Positions 51,310 to 64,000 of a DNA stretch of 64,000 nt are shown here, one piece after another. The stretch is from assembly GCA_965644295.1 (NCBI GenBank), contig CBFFRP010000354.1, positions 124,001 to 188,000 of the forward strand, written 5' to 3'. The stretch is from Paraphysomonas bandaiensis. Taxonomy: Eukaryota; Protista; Chrysophyceae. Under the pieces are notes generated by a model that made no database searches, was not told the origin of the DNA, and saw only the letters and a list, made by a program, of their open reading frames with translations. Position 1 is the stretch's first letter; every line of letters starts with the position of its first letter. The position numbers and the translations under genes were made by a program.

Positions 51310-52087
51310 CTGAAACTTACATGTATTAACGAATTGGTTCACATAATTGTACAGCTATACTCTTTGGTGTGACAATGAAATCATTCCCTTTGAAGAAAAG
51401 GAAACTTTAAACGATAGCGTTTTCATGATAATGTGTTGGCACTATTTTGTTTTCCCTAGTCCGACGATCATGTACATCGTCTATCGAGTCCAACTGACGT
51501 ACCTGTCCGAAATCTTATTCTAATAATTCATTGTATAATTTGTAAAAGAATAGTATACCTTCATCTAATGCGTATTCGTGAGCGTAGTCCGTAGCATTGT
51601 ATGTCGGTTTCGTAATTGCAGTGAGCTCTCATGATTTACAGTTCATAATGTACCACGGTAGTATGTATCAAACTATTTCAAAGGACTATACGTGAGTATG
51701 TAGCATTCATTGAAATATAGAATATAGTAGAATTAAATTGGTTTAAGCATTTTTTCGGGTTCTTGTGTTAGTTATTATTATGTAATACGAATTTGAAGAG
51801 GAAGGACGAGCGGATTCAGCAGAACGAAGTCCACTGAAAGTATACTGCACTCTTATATTATATATACATATTATAGTTTTTAGTGTAATAGCAGAATAAA
51901 ACTCTAAGATAATAGGCACAGCTACTACAGCTACAGGCATAGTTAAATGTCACGAGAATTAAATATCTGTCAGAGCATTACAATGCAGCTCAGTCATTCA
52001 TATCAATTCATGCAGAACGTAATAACTAATCACTAGGTATTTATACTTAATACAACAACACTTCTAATCAACATACACAAAATCTAG

Positions 52088-55000
52088 TTATTGAATAAGA
52101 TGCTTCAAAGCATTTTGAGCATTAACAACATCTGGCAACTGAATATCTAATATATCAAATTTGTTTATAGCACCATCACCGGTTAACCTTTTCAGAATAG
52201 CCCGCGAGTGTTCTGACGAATGAAGTATTGTCCACAGTGCTGTCAACACAAGCGCCTGTACATCCGTGTCATTGTTCTCTGCACATTTCACGACCGTAGA
52301 TATGACGCCTTCGCAAGCTACATTGGCGTATAGTTTTCTGCTACTCGGTGAGGAGTTCTTCCCCTCAGCACCCAGTCTGCCAATCAGGCGAAGTAGTGAA
52401 CATACAACTCCGGGAGAACCACTAACATAGCGACTGGCCACCCATTCCACAAGTTCCGGTATACTCATCACAGGGTCAAGTCTAGAGATATCACTTTCAG
52501 CTCCTGGTAACCTCCGTGATGAGCACAACGGGGGAGATATGGGAGAAGCCACTGTAGAGGCCGCAGGGCGATCCACAGGGAGTAGACAAGCACAGAGTGC
52601 ATCCAGAAGACCTGCAAGCACTGGTGGAGGTAGTCGGTCGGGAGATGCATTGGTAGATGATAAACTCTCTCGGACAGCTTTTAAGATAGAATTTCCCAGC
52701 ACCAAACGGGCTGTGGATGATCGCCCCTCATTGGTTTGCAGCAGTGCACCCAGCATATAGACGCTTAGCAGCCTATACGAGAGGGTGTTGCTTCTAAGGG
52801 TTGCAGTAGACAAGAGGCGATAAAAAAGGCTGGTACCACCTTCCTCCTCTTCCGTGGAGGAAGTGTTGGGAGAGGCCGAAGGTCGCGAAATGGTAGATAT
52901 ATGAGTAGAGGCTCTTGAAGACGGACAAACCAGAAGGTATCCTTTTCCAGCATGACTACTGCACATAGTACTTATCGCACAGACTGCAGCAGCCCACAAT
53001 TGAGTGACGTTGGGTACCCAAAAGGAACCCGCGTTTCTAAATGGGCTAGCGGGCTTTTGCGTCTCACTTACTCGTCCTATCATAGTCACAAGAGCATTGT
53101 GGACACCTATCGCAGACATATACGAATGCCCCTGGGAAATAAATTATAAGATGGCGTTGAAAAAATAGATCCGGACACACCTGTTCGCACCGTTTCAATA
53201 TACCGACTAGTAAGAGAAGCGATCCCCATAGCTCCAGGGGCGTCGTCACATCCTCACGCTTGCAAGTATTTTTCGAAACACCCTTATTGTACGCTTTCTC
53301 ATTTTCCGGTGTAGAAATTGAGTACCCTCTCACTGCTTTACTCCTGCATATTACAAAAAATAAGAAACGCTGGAATAGACAAAATATTCGATATCATACC
53401 AGAATGGCTCCTTCTCACCCTTTACAGAATTTCGTGATTTCTTCGCTAGCGCAGTGATTGGTGACTTGTTCTGTCGCAGTTTCTTCTCTTTGCTCTTTAT
53501 ATATTTTAGAGGTGAGTTACAGTCAGGATTAAAACATTCTACTGAATTCGACACCGTATCTAGAACTCGCTGAATCATTGGCGACATCGTCTCCTGAGTG
53601 TTTTCGAATTCACTCTGTATCTGCTGGCGCAGCCCTGCAGACCTCTGTAGTAACAAGGAGAGGACCATCCGCACACGACTTTTCATTACAGCGCGACTAT
53701 TAGCATGAAACGTTTCCTCCAATCGCAAACAAATTTTAGTTGTATCAGTGGCTGGAGAGCCGGCGTGACATCCTTCGATGTCCCCACCTAATCCAAGCCC
53801 TTGGCTCCATAATGGCGATGTGACCATCAAGCAACATGCTCGCAGAATAGATGTAACAAGTTGCTCGGCACAGTCCATATAACGAGAAATCTTTTCGGTA
53901 GCTACACTGGGGCCCCAACTCTCGAAAAGCGATAACACGGTATTCATGTGTTGGTTGGCAGTAAACATAATACTACCAGTCACTACAGCCTTGTCACGTA
54001 TCAAGTCACCGATCTCGACCCCCGTAAGCGCTCTTGCTTCAGATCCGTCGGGCATGCGACGCTGTCTGACTTCCAAATCACGCGCAAGCATTACTGAAAA
54101 CAAATCGTAGCATGAACTCACTAGATCTGAATTTGCAAAGAACACTCGGTGTGATGTGTTGTTTGATGCTACTACGTCATTCCAACCACAGGACATTTTT
54201 GGGATACTAGGATATGTAATAGTTCGTGGGTCGGTAAGAATAGAAATGACATTACGGACGATGCTGGTGTGACGTATACAAGTTGAAAACAGCACCCCGC
54301 CTAACTCATGAACACGCTGCAATATTCGGACCGCAACAGTTTTAACTTGAGTAAGAGATTCCATCTGCGCTTCCAGAACATGATTTAGAATGTTATCCGC
54401 CCATCGCCTTATCATACCAGATACCGCTGGGGTTTCCATAAAGTCAGCTTCCAAATATTGCCGAAGTCGTGAACGAGAAGCACATGCCTCAATTAAACAA
54501 GAACCTAGGTCCGGTCGCAATAAACATACAACTTTAGGTAACACCTTCAGTGTTGTCAGCAACCCCAGGAAGCTTTCATTGTGGCAAAGATTATCCACAC
54601 ACATGAGCTGTGCAAGGCATTCCACACCCGCCTCGAGGGCACCACATTCAAGGTTGAAGTCTGACAAAGTAAATGCATCGGCCACATACCCGAGGAGCAC
54701 GCCAAAGTGGGGAGCCTCATTGGACACAGGGGAGGTGTTTGCCGACACAACAACCATATGGGTATAAATCCGTGCCGCTAGGGAACGAACTGTCAGGCAC
54801 TCCGTTGAATCCAAAAGTAAATGACGCACAATGCCAATCAGAGATGTGTTGCTGGTGTCATAACTACCCTCTCCTGAACATGCAGTCTCATGGGTTACAG
54901 AATAATACACTAAACTGAGGGCTACAGCTTTTACAGCAGATCTCCTGTCATGTAAATAACGCAGAATCCAGTCACATCTCCAGCACTTGAAGCAAGTGCA

Positions 55001-58000
55001 TTCAGTGCATTCAGAGGAGGTTGTTTGCCCATCATTAATACGAAGAATTCCCTTAATACAGAGAGAAAGTAGTATTCGTAGGGATCCCAGAAGTGCAGTG
55101 GAACCTCTCATTGAATCCGGTGAACGCATAAGTCGTGCACAACGGAGTATCCTGTCTACGCTGGACTTGTCAGAGTGTAATGCAACACCGGACAACTGTT
55201 CCAAGGTGGATACATATGAACTCGAAGTTGGGCAAAAAATATCTTCAAGGGCTACATTCAAGCTCTCCCCCATGTCCGATAGAGCGATAATCTGATTCAG
55301 GCAATCTGCGGCAACCTGACGAATGTAGGAAGGAGAGTTCTCATCAACTAAAAGAGCAGCCAGTGCAATACAGGCAGGTTGTGCTACACACATTTCCAAT
55401 TCAACCCCCTCCACAGGAGATACTTTGACATCCCGTACGGCGTCTGCTAAAAGATTCAATAGCTCATACTGACAAATAAGTTTGCATGCATGGGGTACAG
55501 CTGACTCTCCGTTACCCGAGAATCCGATTCGCGGAGTCACAGAGTTCGCTGTACGTGTGTAGGAGAGGCGCTGGTCAATAGGGCAAAGCAGTGGCAGCAG
55601 AGGTCCAGTCACGGATTTTAAAATATCACTCAAAAAGGTAATACGGCGGTGAGTGTGATCGCAAGTGCATTCAAGAGTGAATCGACCCTTGGACAGTATC
55701 ACGCGGAGTGTACGAATCGTCTCAATAAATACCTCACAGTCTTTCCTTGAAAGCGGCAAAACCTGTAACACGTTAGGTGCAACATATTCCGTTGAGAAGA
55801 TACTTACTGTTATAACTTTCTTGAGACCCAACAACACGTTCTCCTCGTAGAAAAAAGCGGACATGTTGGGAACAAGTTCAACAACTGTAGCACAAAGGTC
55901 TACACTTTCAACAAACTGAGAGTGCTTCCTTGAGGCAGATATTTGACGACACACACTTTTCGCCATGGCACACATATCACCCCTACAATTTATTTAAACA
56001 TGCCAAGAATTCGCTACACACAATCACCTCATTCCATCTTTTGTGATACTAAGCCACTCCAAATTCTTCGGTACGCCGCTGTGGTTAAGTGCCACACAGC
56101 TCATACGAATTATAATGTCAACTGCAGCATACTGCGGTATTGATTCACGAAAAGACATAGTAGTCACAGAGCGGGTCGAGATATTTCCGACACCTAAGAA
56201 GTCTGACCACATAAATCTCGGTACCAAAACAAGCCTACTGTCCCTATGTGAAGTGTAGGCCACTTTAATTTTCCAGTTCTGGTGCAGTTCAGTCCACATC
56301 GAAGGGTGACTCACACCAAACGCCCATACTGACAGAATTTTGAAGCATATTATTCGGAATAGGTCGAATGGCTGCATATTTTTCCCAATTCTTAGACTCA
56401 ACGTATCACCACGCTCTGAACTTGAGTCGATAGCACCACAGAGAATAAAAACTGCACTGATGTACTCGGCCCCTTCCTCATCTCTCGGAATATATGAAAG
56501 GGCAGTCCGCACAGCAGGTACGTCACGTGCAATGCTTTCGAAAAGAATTGCACATTGAACGATGAAACTTGAATCGTCCATATTGCTGCTACTGCCTGCC
56601 CAGTCAAACGAACTCACTCGATGCGCAACCGCTCTCGCAGTCTGTAGGCACCAGTCATCGTCAATAGTACTCAACAGATCGGTATCCTTGGCAACCATGG
56701 TGTTAAGCTGCTGCAGTGCGCTCGATCTAATCTGTAAATCGCAGTCACCAAATGCAATTGAAACCAGTTTGCGTACGTCTTGATGAGTGAACGCAGAAAC
56801 TGTCTTACCCAGAGGGGATGACTGTCTATCTGGACTCACATCCGACGCGCACTCCGACCAAGACTTAAGTGGAACTGTATCAATGTAATCAACAAAATTT
56901 ATGCGTTTCTCAGTCCCAACTGTAGATGACATCAAATCTAGTTCATGTCTAATCTTCATAAAAGCTTCACGTCTGATAGATTCCATCCTGTGGAAGAGTC
57001 CAAGAACAAGGCTGTGCATATACTTTTGCCGTACAAAGTGGTTGGAACTAACAGCGCACAGTTCCTGAAACTACAATTAAATGCATAAAGACCCACGAAC
57101 CATCATACCTCTAGTTTTAAAGCAAAAGATGTCACCGAGTTGACTGTATCACAACTGGTATTCCCACTGTCTAATCTCCACACGATGGTCTTCAGTACAC
57201 CAAGTAGCAGGCACCACTCACTTAAATTGTGTTCAGGAAAACCGTCGTCCTCGCCGCAGTCGAGGCACTCCAAGTCCTGTTGTGCCACCTCCAGCATCAC
57301 CCCCACCAGCTGAAGAGCAAACGAATCTCCTAGTTCGACAGATTCTGTCACACTCATCAGGAGGGTATAGAGCACATCAGGGCGAAGTAGGCCACACAGG
57401 AGGACATCCCGGACACCCGACTCGAGAGTGGAAACTTTGTGGCACGATGTGTACGCTTTCATTTGTACTTTGCTCATAATCTCGGTAGTAGGTCCTGAAT
57501 CAGGGATAATATCGAGAAACAGCGCAAGGGAGGTAGCAGCCATCATGGACCAACGATGAGGAAGAGCAAAGAGAGCTAGGATACATGCAACGAATTCGTC
57601 TGCAACAGATTCAGAAACGTTATCGTCCGCAAGATGTGCAGCACAGTAAGCTACCGTTACTGCCGACAAAGTGTTTGCAGTATCATCTTGTTCGTATGAA
57701 TCCATTTCTTGTCCATTCTCCTGGAGACAGGATATGACAAACCAAATGAGCTCTAAAATGCGTGTAGAGGTCACAAAAGAATCGTCAGAGGGCGCTGGGC
57801 CAACACAGAGCTCAGATATGGCAGCACGACAAGTCCTTTTCAATTGAAATTCGTTGTAAAAGTCTGGGGATACAGCCTTGAGCATTTCACCGATACGGCT
57901 GCAGTTAGAAAATAACGATGAGAATGAGTCACACGTAACCATTTTCATCATAGCGGACACGACTGCGGGCCCGAGAACGAGGTGATTGTTACTACTATTG

Positions 58001-59717
58001 TCATCGTCGTCGCTGGAAATAGGTGCACTTTCTGAACTCACTAAAATGAAGGACGGTGGGACAGCAAGAAGAATTTCGTATAAAACAACAATGGTGCAAG
58101 AGTGAGCGCACAACATGTGGTAGTTTACTCTCTCGTCATCATCTAATGGACTATCTAGTCCACGCAAGGTACAGTCATCATCAAAGACAGTCTTGATATT
58201 CATGCCACTCAGTATCTGCCACAATCATCACACATAAATTAAAACGAGGAATGTACGTTGCCACCTGCTGCATACGACTCAGTAAGTGCTGAAGTCTGAG
58301 GCGCGAAGCTCCCCAATCCTCCTGATTTTCATTCATATCACGAGCATTGACAGGACAGGCTATAAAAGGTACGGCCTCTCTAACAAGCGCAAGCACCCCT
58401 GAAGCAAGAGTGAGCGATATGCTCACATAGCAACAAAATATGTACAAAATACCAGTAGCAGTAGTCCGGTTATTAGCCCGGAGAAGTGGGAGCGCTGCTG
58501 CTATGCAGGCGAAAGCTAGGCCCTCCACAGATGGGGTGGCGGGAGACGGGGCATTAGACGACTGAGTACGTAACTCCTGGTCCATGGGATATAAGTGCAT
58601 TGGATGTCGCATAGCATATACCGCCTGTGCCTACAGACATCTATTACAACAACGGCGGGGAAAGTCGATACTTTCACCATCTGCGCTGCGACTGGGGTAG
58701 CCTGCTGCGACCTGGAACTTGGAGCGGGTAGGGGGTGACAACACAATGACCCATCCACCATTTGCTTCACAGCATTTTCCATTCCTCTTAGCAAGCAAAT
58801 TAGCCATTGCATGGCTTTCAATGGCGATAGTTGTTCGGCACATGCACCTGCGGCAAAGTTAGACAACTCCAGAGCGGGGGGACGGTGTAAACCTGCATCT
58901 GAAGAGACAGTTGCTAGTCCGATAATATCAAGTATACTCTCCAGGAGCCCAACTCGCTGTAGCACCACACTCACTGGAAAGTCGGCAAGGACTTCAAAGA
59001 CAGTGCTGCAGCAAGATTCATGGTCCATCTTTACTTTCACCTCCACATCAAACAGGAAGTGCTCATCGGAATCGGATAAAAGAAATAGTGGGAATTTCCA
59101 ACCGCATGTCGTTAACTCGCTATACATAATCGACCCAGCATTAGTTTTACACGTCGCATAATTTTGTTGGGTCCAGTGTTCAGTATAGCTCGTTGTTGAG
59201 TCAAATACTGAGCCTTCGACTTGAGAATCGTGCTCCGTTGTGTTGGTGTCATGTTTCCGATCAAGAACTACACTCTCTTCTAAAAAACATATTTCGTCTA
59301 CAACCTGAGTAATGTTTGGGTTATATTGAACAAGTGGTAGTGCATTCGTGAACTTACTCTGTTTATTCTATTGAGAACATCATCCCTTAAATCATCTTGT
59401 GCTTGTACACGTTTGGCATGAGAGAGTAAACTATTGAGATCTGATTGGGGAACATATCGCTTGTAGTTGGTAAACACTTCTTGTGCAAGGTCAAACAACA
59501 AAACAAGCAAATCTGGATTTTGTAGACGATCAGACAGGTATGATTCGAGAGATTTGTTAATATGGCCTATACAAGTAGAAGAAATAGTGCTTTCACTTCC
59601 TTCACAATCGTTGAGTAAGCTGGTTCTAACTTTAAATATTAAATTTTTTGCGGCACGAGTTCGAATATTAATGGATGGACTCGATAAATTTTCAAGTAAT
59701 GTCTCGACTCGTGGCAT
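52088..59717 (-). CDS. RTTN: Rotatin-like centriole/basal-body armadillo protein (multi-exon)
   Basis: N-terminus LSSPSINIRTRAAKNLIFK. FP..LSDSDEHFL...ADFPVSVVLQR and C-terminal ALWTILH...RAILK resemble rotatin conserved blocks. Long helical-repeat body. Confidence 0.75.
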
Positions 59718-60491
59718 AATACAACAATAGATAATACAAGACACCTATTACAATATCCTTGCCACTTTACACCTTTAATATAAGTACTCACTATCTAAAA
59801 ATGAATCCTTTCCCTTAAGTGATCCATCATATATCAACGATTACAAATTCTATATATAAAACATTCATAATGATAATAAAGTGTTAGTTAGACTCCCTGT
59901 TGGCTATATGGACTTTAACGTGAGAATAGAATCGGATGGGATCAATAAAGTATCAAACATGGCAGCTAAAACCAGTTCAAAATTTGAAACAACATAAAAC
60001 TGAAATTATATACGTCGATTCAAGATTTACCGTATTATTGAGGTTGTGCCGTATAAAAAGTATACTTCAATAAAGAATGCAATGAAAATTTTGTTATTCC
60101 CTGTCGACCCGGTATATAAGGAATACAGTCCTGTATAGCAGTCGAAACGGAACAATCGGCTTGCGTGGTCCACCAGTGAGGATAGTGACGAAATAGTAAT
60201 CCACATACTACTTCACAAAGAACTCTATTTTTTGTTGCTTGCACCACATATTGGAAGAAGATGGGCGTAGGGTGAGGCTTGAACTTTCATAATATTTTTG
60301 AGGCTTCGCTCCTTTTCGACTCTGCTTATGATTCCCCACATACGATCATAGTCAGAATGCAAGGCAATAATAGTCATATATATGTAACCCTGTCATACCA
60401 ATATATCTGAACCACTGCACATATGCTGCAATATTTTCATTAATCATAATCAGTAGCATGCATCACTAAATACATCTACATAAATAAAATT

Positions 60492-63400
60492 ATGGAGCAC
60501 TCAGCTACTGTATCTATGTCAGGTCAGCAACTCTCCGACTTGACGAGTGCGAATTTAGAGAAATTTGATCATCTCGCAGCTTCACTAAATTATGAGCGAG
60601 AGGCTCTTGCATCGCGTAAATTATCCCCTCCTATATGTATTAATTTTGAGGCCGACAATGGATCCAGTGAAACATCCTCAGTTACCGCCCCGGAGGATGA
60701 TGAAAACTTTGATTCAGCTCCTATTAGAAAATTATTAAGCCGGAGTAACTCAGGTATCATTGCTTTGTATCATAATTTATACGCGAAGTCTGACTTTTTA
60801 TGATCTAGGGTCCTCTTATTCCAATTCATTTCCTTCCACTGAATTCGAAAGACTGAAAGCTGAATTTTTACTTCAGAAAAATGAGAATGCTCCAACCAGT
60901 GAGAAAAAAGAATCAGTCACTGCCAGATGTAGCGATGATACTGGCATTCTGAGTCAACAATCTACGTCAAGAGGGCCCGAGTGTTCTGAGTCTTACGACC
61001 AGTTTCAGTCACCCACTGGTATTGCATCCTCTTCCCTATTTAATTACCAGTATCCTTCAGAACGCCCTGCTCTACCACTACCTCGACATCCACCACAACA
61101 ACACCAACCGCATCATGAAGATTCGGATTGGTCTACAGGTTTCTATGGCGTTAACACGCAGCAACAGTACCGTGTTAACGCCCATCCTCCAGCATTTACT
61201 GGTGATACTTATTTGTATCGACACGCCGAGGAAGGTTTCGTGGATCAAGCACCTGGGTCCTACACAGCAGGGGTAGCTAATGAACGTTCCCCTACAGGAC
61301 GTCCTTACCCTATGCTAAAGAGTCAGTCCGATAATCGCGTTGGTGGTGGTGGTCCTTCGACCTGTGCATCCAGGCCCCACCCTATGCTTAAGAGCAACTC
61401 CGAGACACGTGTCCTACATAACCCAGTAATTGGTCATCCTCCAAGGAACATTTCCCGGCCCCCATCTTCTGCATCCTCCACCATGACTCCTACATCCACT
61501 TCGTCAATGACTTTCACTACAAATGACTTTGACAACTCATGGGAATCACCGGATGGATATTTAAGTGTTTCTCACGACCGTGTCACATCCGGCCGCCCCC
61601 ACCCAATGGTGAAAAGCAATTCAGACAATCGTGTGGTCGGACGACCACACCCGATGCTCAAGAGTAATTCGGAGACTCGAGTGTTACATGGGGACAGTTA
61701 TTTGCCGTCACCTCGACAACGAATTCCCTACGGTCATGGGCATTCCCCTTATCCCCGCCCTCCGAGCTCTTCTTCTAGTTCCATGACCCCGACTTCGATG
61801 AATTCGTCGATGTCCTTTTCAAGCACGGACATGGAGGGAGGATGGGAAGGATATGATGTCTATCCTGGGGGAACGGAGCGGAGTAGCAATGGACGCCCTC
61901 ATCCCATGATTAAGAGCTACTCGGACAACCGTGTGTATCAAGTGCAGGGTGGACAGCCGCAGCAATCTGCCAATGGTCGAATAGTTCCACGCCCTCGTAG
62001 CTCAGGTGCCCCAGTTATTCCTCCGTCCTCTTTCCCCCGGTCTGACCGGGAAATGGAATTCGAGGATACTAGGCAGGGTATTTACATTCAGCGAATGTCC
62101 ACCTCTTGGTCAGGAACAGCCTCCTCCCAGCAACAGCATGCCTCGAGCGCAGCTTCGCCAGCCAGTGTCCCTCCTACACAGGAATATCCGTTGCAAGTTC
62201 TTTCCCTCGATGCGGCGGCAGCATTCAGGGCCACGGATCCAAGCATGGAGAGTGACAGGAAGGCCATTTTTGATCTAATTGAAGCAGCGGGAGTTCAAGT
62301 TGTGCTTATGTCCAACACTGGACTAAGAGATGAGGAAGAGCTCAGAATTGTACGCAATGAAGTAAAAGCAAAGTACAACATGGAATCTGCAATGTGGGCA
62401 AGTTTTGAAACGCCAGGAAATGGTCGGGGAGTAGCTGTGCTCATTTTAGGGCCATTGGCTCCAAGAACTGGTTGGATTCGTAGTGACTCTTGTGGACACG
62501 TCTTGTCAGCCTCATCAAGAGTAAAACCGGGGCTGCCCGTGCTGTCCTTTGTAGCGTGCGACTTCTCCCAGGAGGGTGAAGTTTCAGAAGAGGCCAGGGC
62601 GCGCACTGTAGATGCCCTAAAAGAAATAATCAACGGTGAACACGAAAAGGGAAGCTTTGTTATCGCTGCGGGAAATATGTTGAATTGTACCCGCGGCACT
62701 GATGAGAGTACCGAGGCAGATATTTTGCGGAGTCTCAAAGACAGCGGCGTGTGTGGCCTCAAAGTGGGGCCTGCTGTTGAAGCCAGCAATGATCTATCCG
62801 TTACAGCGGATATAATTGTGTCCACCCACCAGTCTAACGACAATGGACTCTACCCAGAAGAATGTATAAGTGCGAAAGTGCTTGGTACCGACGTGGTATC
62901 TAAAGATATTAAAAGTGATAAAAGACCATGCATTGTATCCGTATCTGTTGCGGGGTGGCCCGCAGAAGCTTTTGTGCTTAGTAGGAGCTCTGCGCGATCA
63001 CCGGACTCCTCGTCCCCTACCCGAAAGACTAGACGCGGATTAAACAAATCTACTCGTCGAAGAGACGTTACAGCCCCATTACCACAGAATCGGTCCTCTC
63101 ATTATACGGGAGGATGTCCACCATCGTGGGTCAAAGATGGTGCCCCTTCTTCCGCTTCCGCATCGCCGTACACATCTCCAGATATGTACCAGCAATATGA
63201 GAGAAAGGGGGACCCGATCTACAGCTCATCTGAGAGCGTTCGTACATCTCTGAGCCTCGGTCATAGTGACTCAATAACTCTTGTTAATGATCTTCTATCG
63301 TGGAGAATGAAAATTGTAGAAGGTTTCAAACGATTAGATGATATTTTGCACATGACGCACTGGGGCGTAGTTCGCCTTGACCAACTGAAACAGCTGATAC

Positions 63401-63606
63401 AGGACGTGTTTAAGTGGGTTGATGCGACGCCCCATAGAACGAACACCCCTGGTTTTGCGGACTCTGCCTCCATGTCGGTGTTGCATAGTGTGTATGCCAG
63501 TCCCGCGGAGCAACTTCTGAGGTCCGCTCCTGATGTGCTCACTCAGGTTTTCAGAACCTGGCACACTATGGCTGATCATATGATCCAGAGAATGTCAGCG
63601 ATTTGA
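60492..63606 (+). CDS. Ser/Pro-rich repeat protein with a degenerate endonuclease/exonuclease/phosphatase (APE-like) domain
   Basis: Intron at about 60754-60808. Five RPxPMxKSxS(D/E)xRV repeats. LQVLSLD, VVLMSNT, GRGVAVL, VIAAGN..N, ADII and SDKRP follow EEP motif order. Confidence 0.7.
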
Positions 63607-64000
63607 ATCCGTTCGATGTTATGTTTTGTCGTTGTGGGAAATTATGACATGCTATGCAGAAATCCCACAGTGAGACGAACATCTATATTTTGCGTGGGCA
63701 AAAATTTAAAGAGAATTAGACGATATCGATATGGCACTTTTTATGTAAGTGGTCCCATGTGTTTTCTCATTTACAATTAGTACTATGGTATATGAAATTC
63801 TGTAGCGGTCTCTGTAGCGCTACATTTAACGTGCTGGAGGCTTATCCGTGTATTGGGGAAGGTGATTTCCTAGTAATGTATTATCTGGCTGACCTCCAGT
63901 TAGTGAGAACTTAATGACGTAAAGTATAATATTTTTTTAAGTAATGTACGGACCGCAGTCGTGTTAGATTCCAATGTATCCGATGAAACATATGACAATG

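Noticed and set aside
59800-60290. Short coding-like stretches between rotatin and the EEP-like gene
   Set aside because: Interrupted by stops with no recognisable homology; treated as intergenic.
1-64000. CRISPR arrays, tRNA, rRNA or snRNA genes
   Set aside because: No regularly spaced repeat-spacer array, cloverleaf with a T-loop, or rRNA-like sequence was recognised by eye.

Overview
Gene-dense eukaryotic nuclear DNA with short (about 45-60 nt) GT-AG introns. It probably comes from a flagellated stramenopile-type protist; this is inferred from gene content (BBIP1, rotatin, PPR-TrmB, stramenopile-style hAT remnant). About 19 protein genes are present, mostly in divergent pairs: ankyrin protein, SulP-STAS-cNMP transporter, GT34 glycosyltransferase, a 3xNDK-family II pyrophosphatase fusion, PPR-TrmB, an MBD/PHD chromatin protein, SF3B6, ankyrin-methyltransferase, aquaporin, EF-hand protein, V-ATPase E, 6PGD, ArfGAP-PH, TAP42, BBIP1, GH85 ENGase, a small membrane protein, rotatin and a repeat protein with a degenerate EEP/APE domain. 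The gaps between convergent genes hold a retroelement system. It consists of a 5'-truncated LINE (19-bp TSD) nested in a hAT remnant (TIRs, 8-bp TSD), plus two different short non-autonomous families. All share a ~180-nt structured 3' RNA module (GNRA hairpin, helices with compensatory changes, possible pseudoknot), and one family has an HDV-ribozyme-like head. Exon boundaries and gene ends were read by eye and are approximate.
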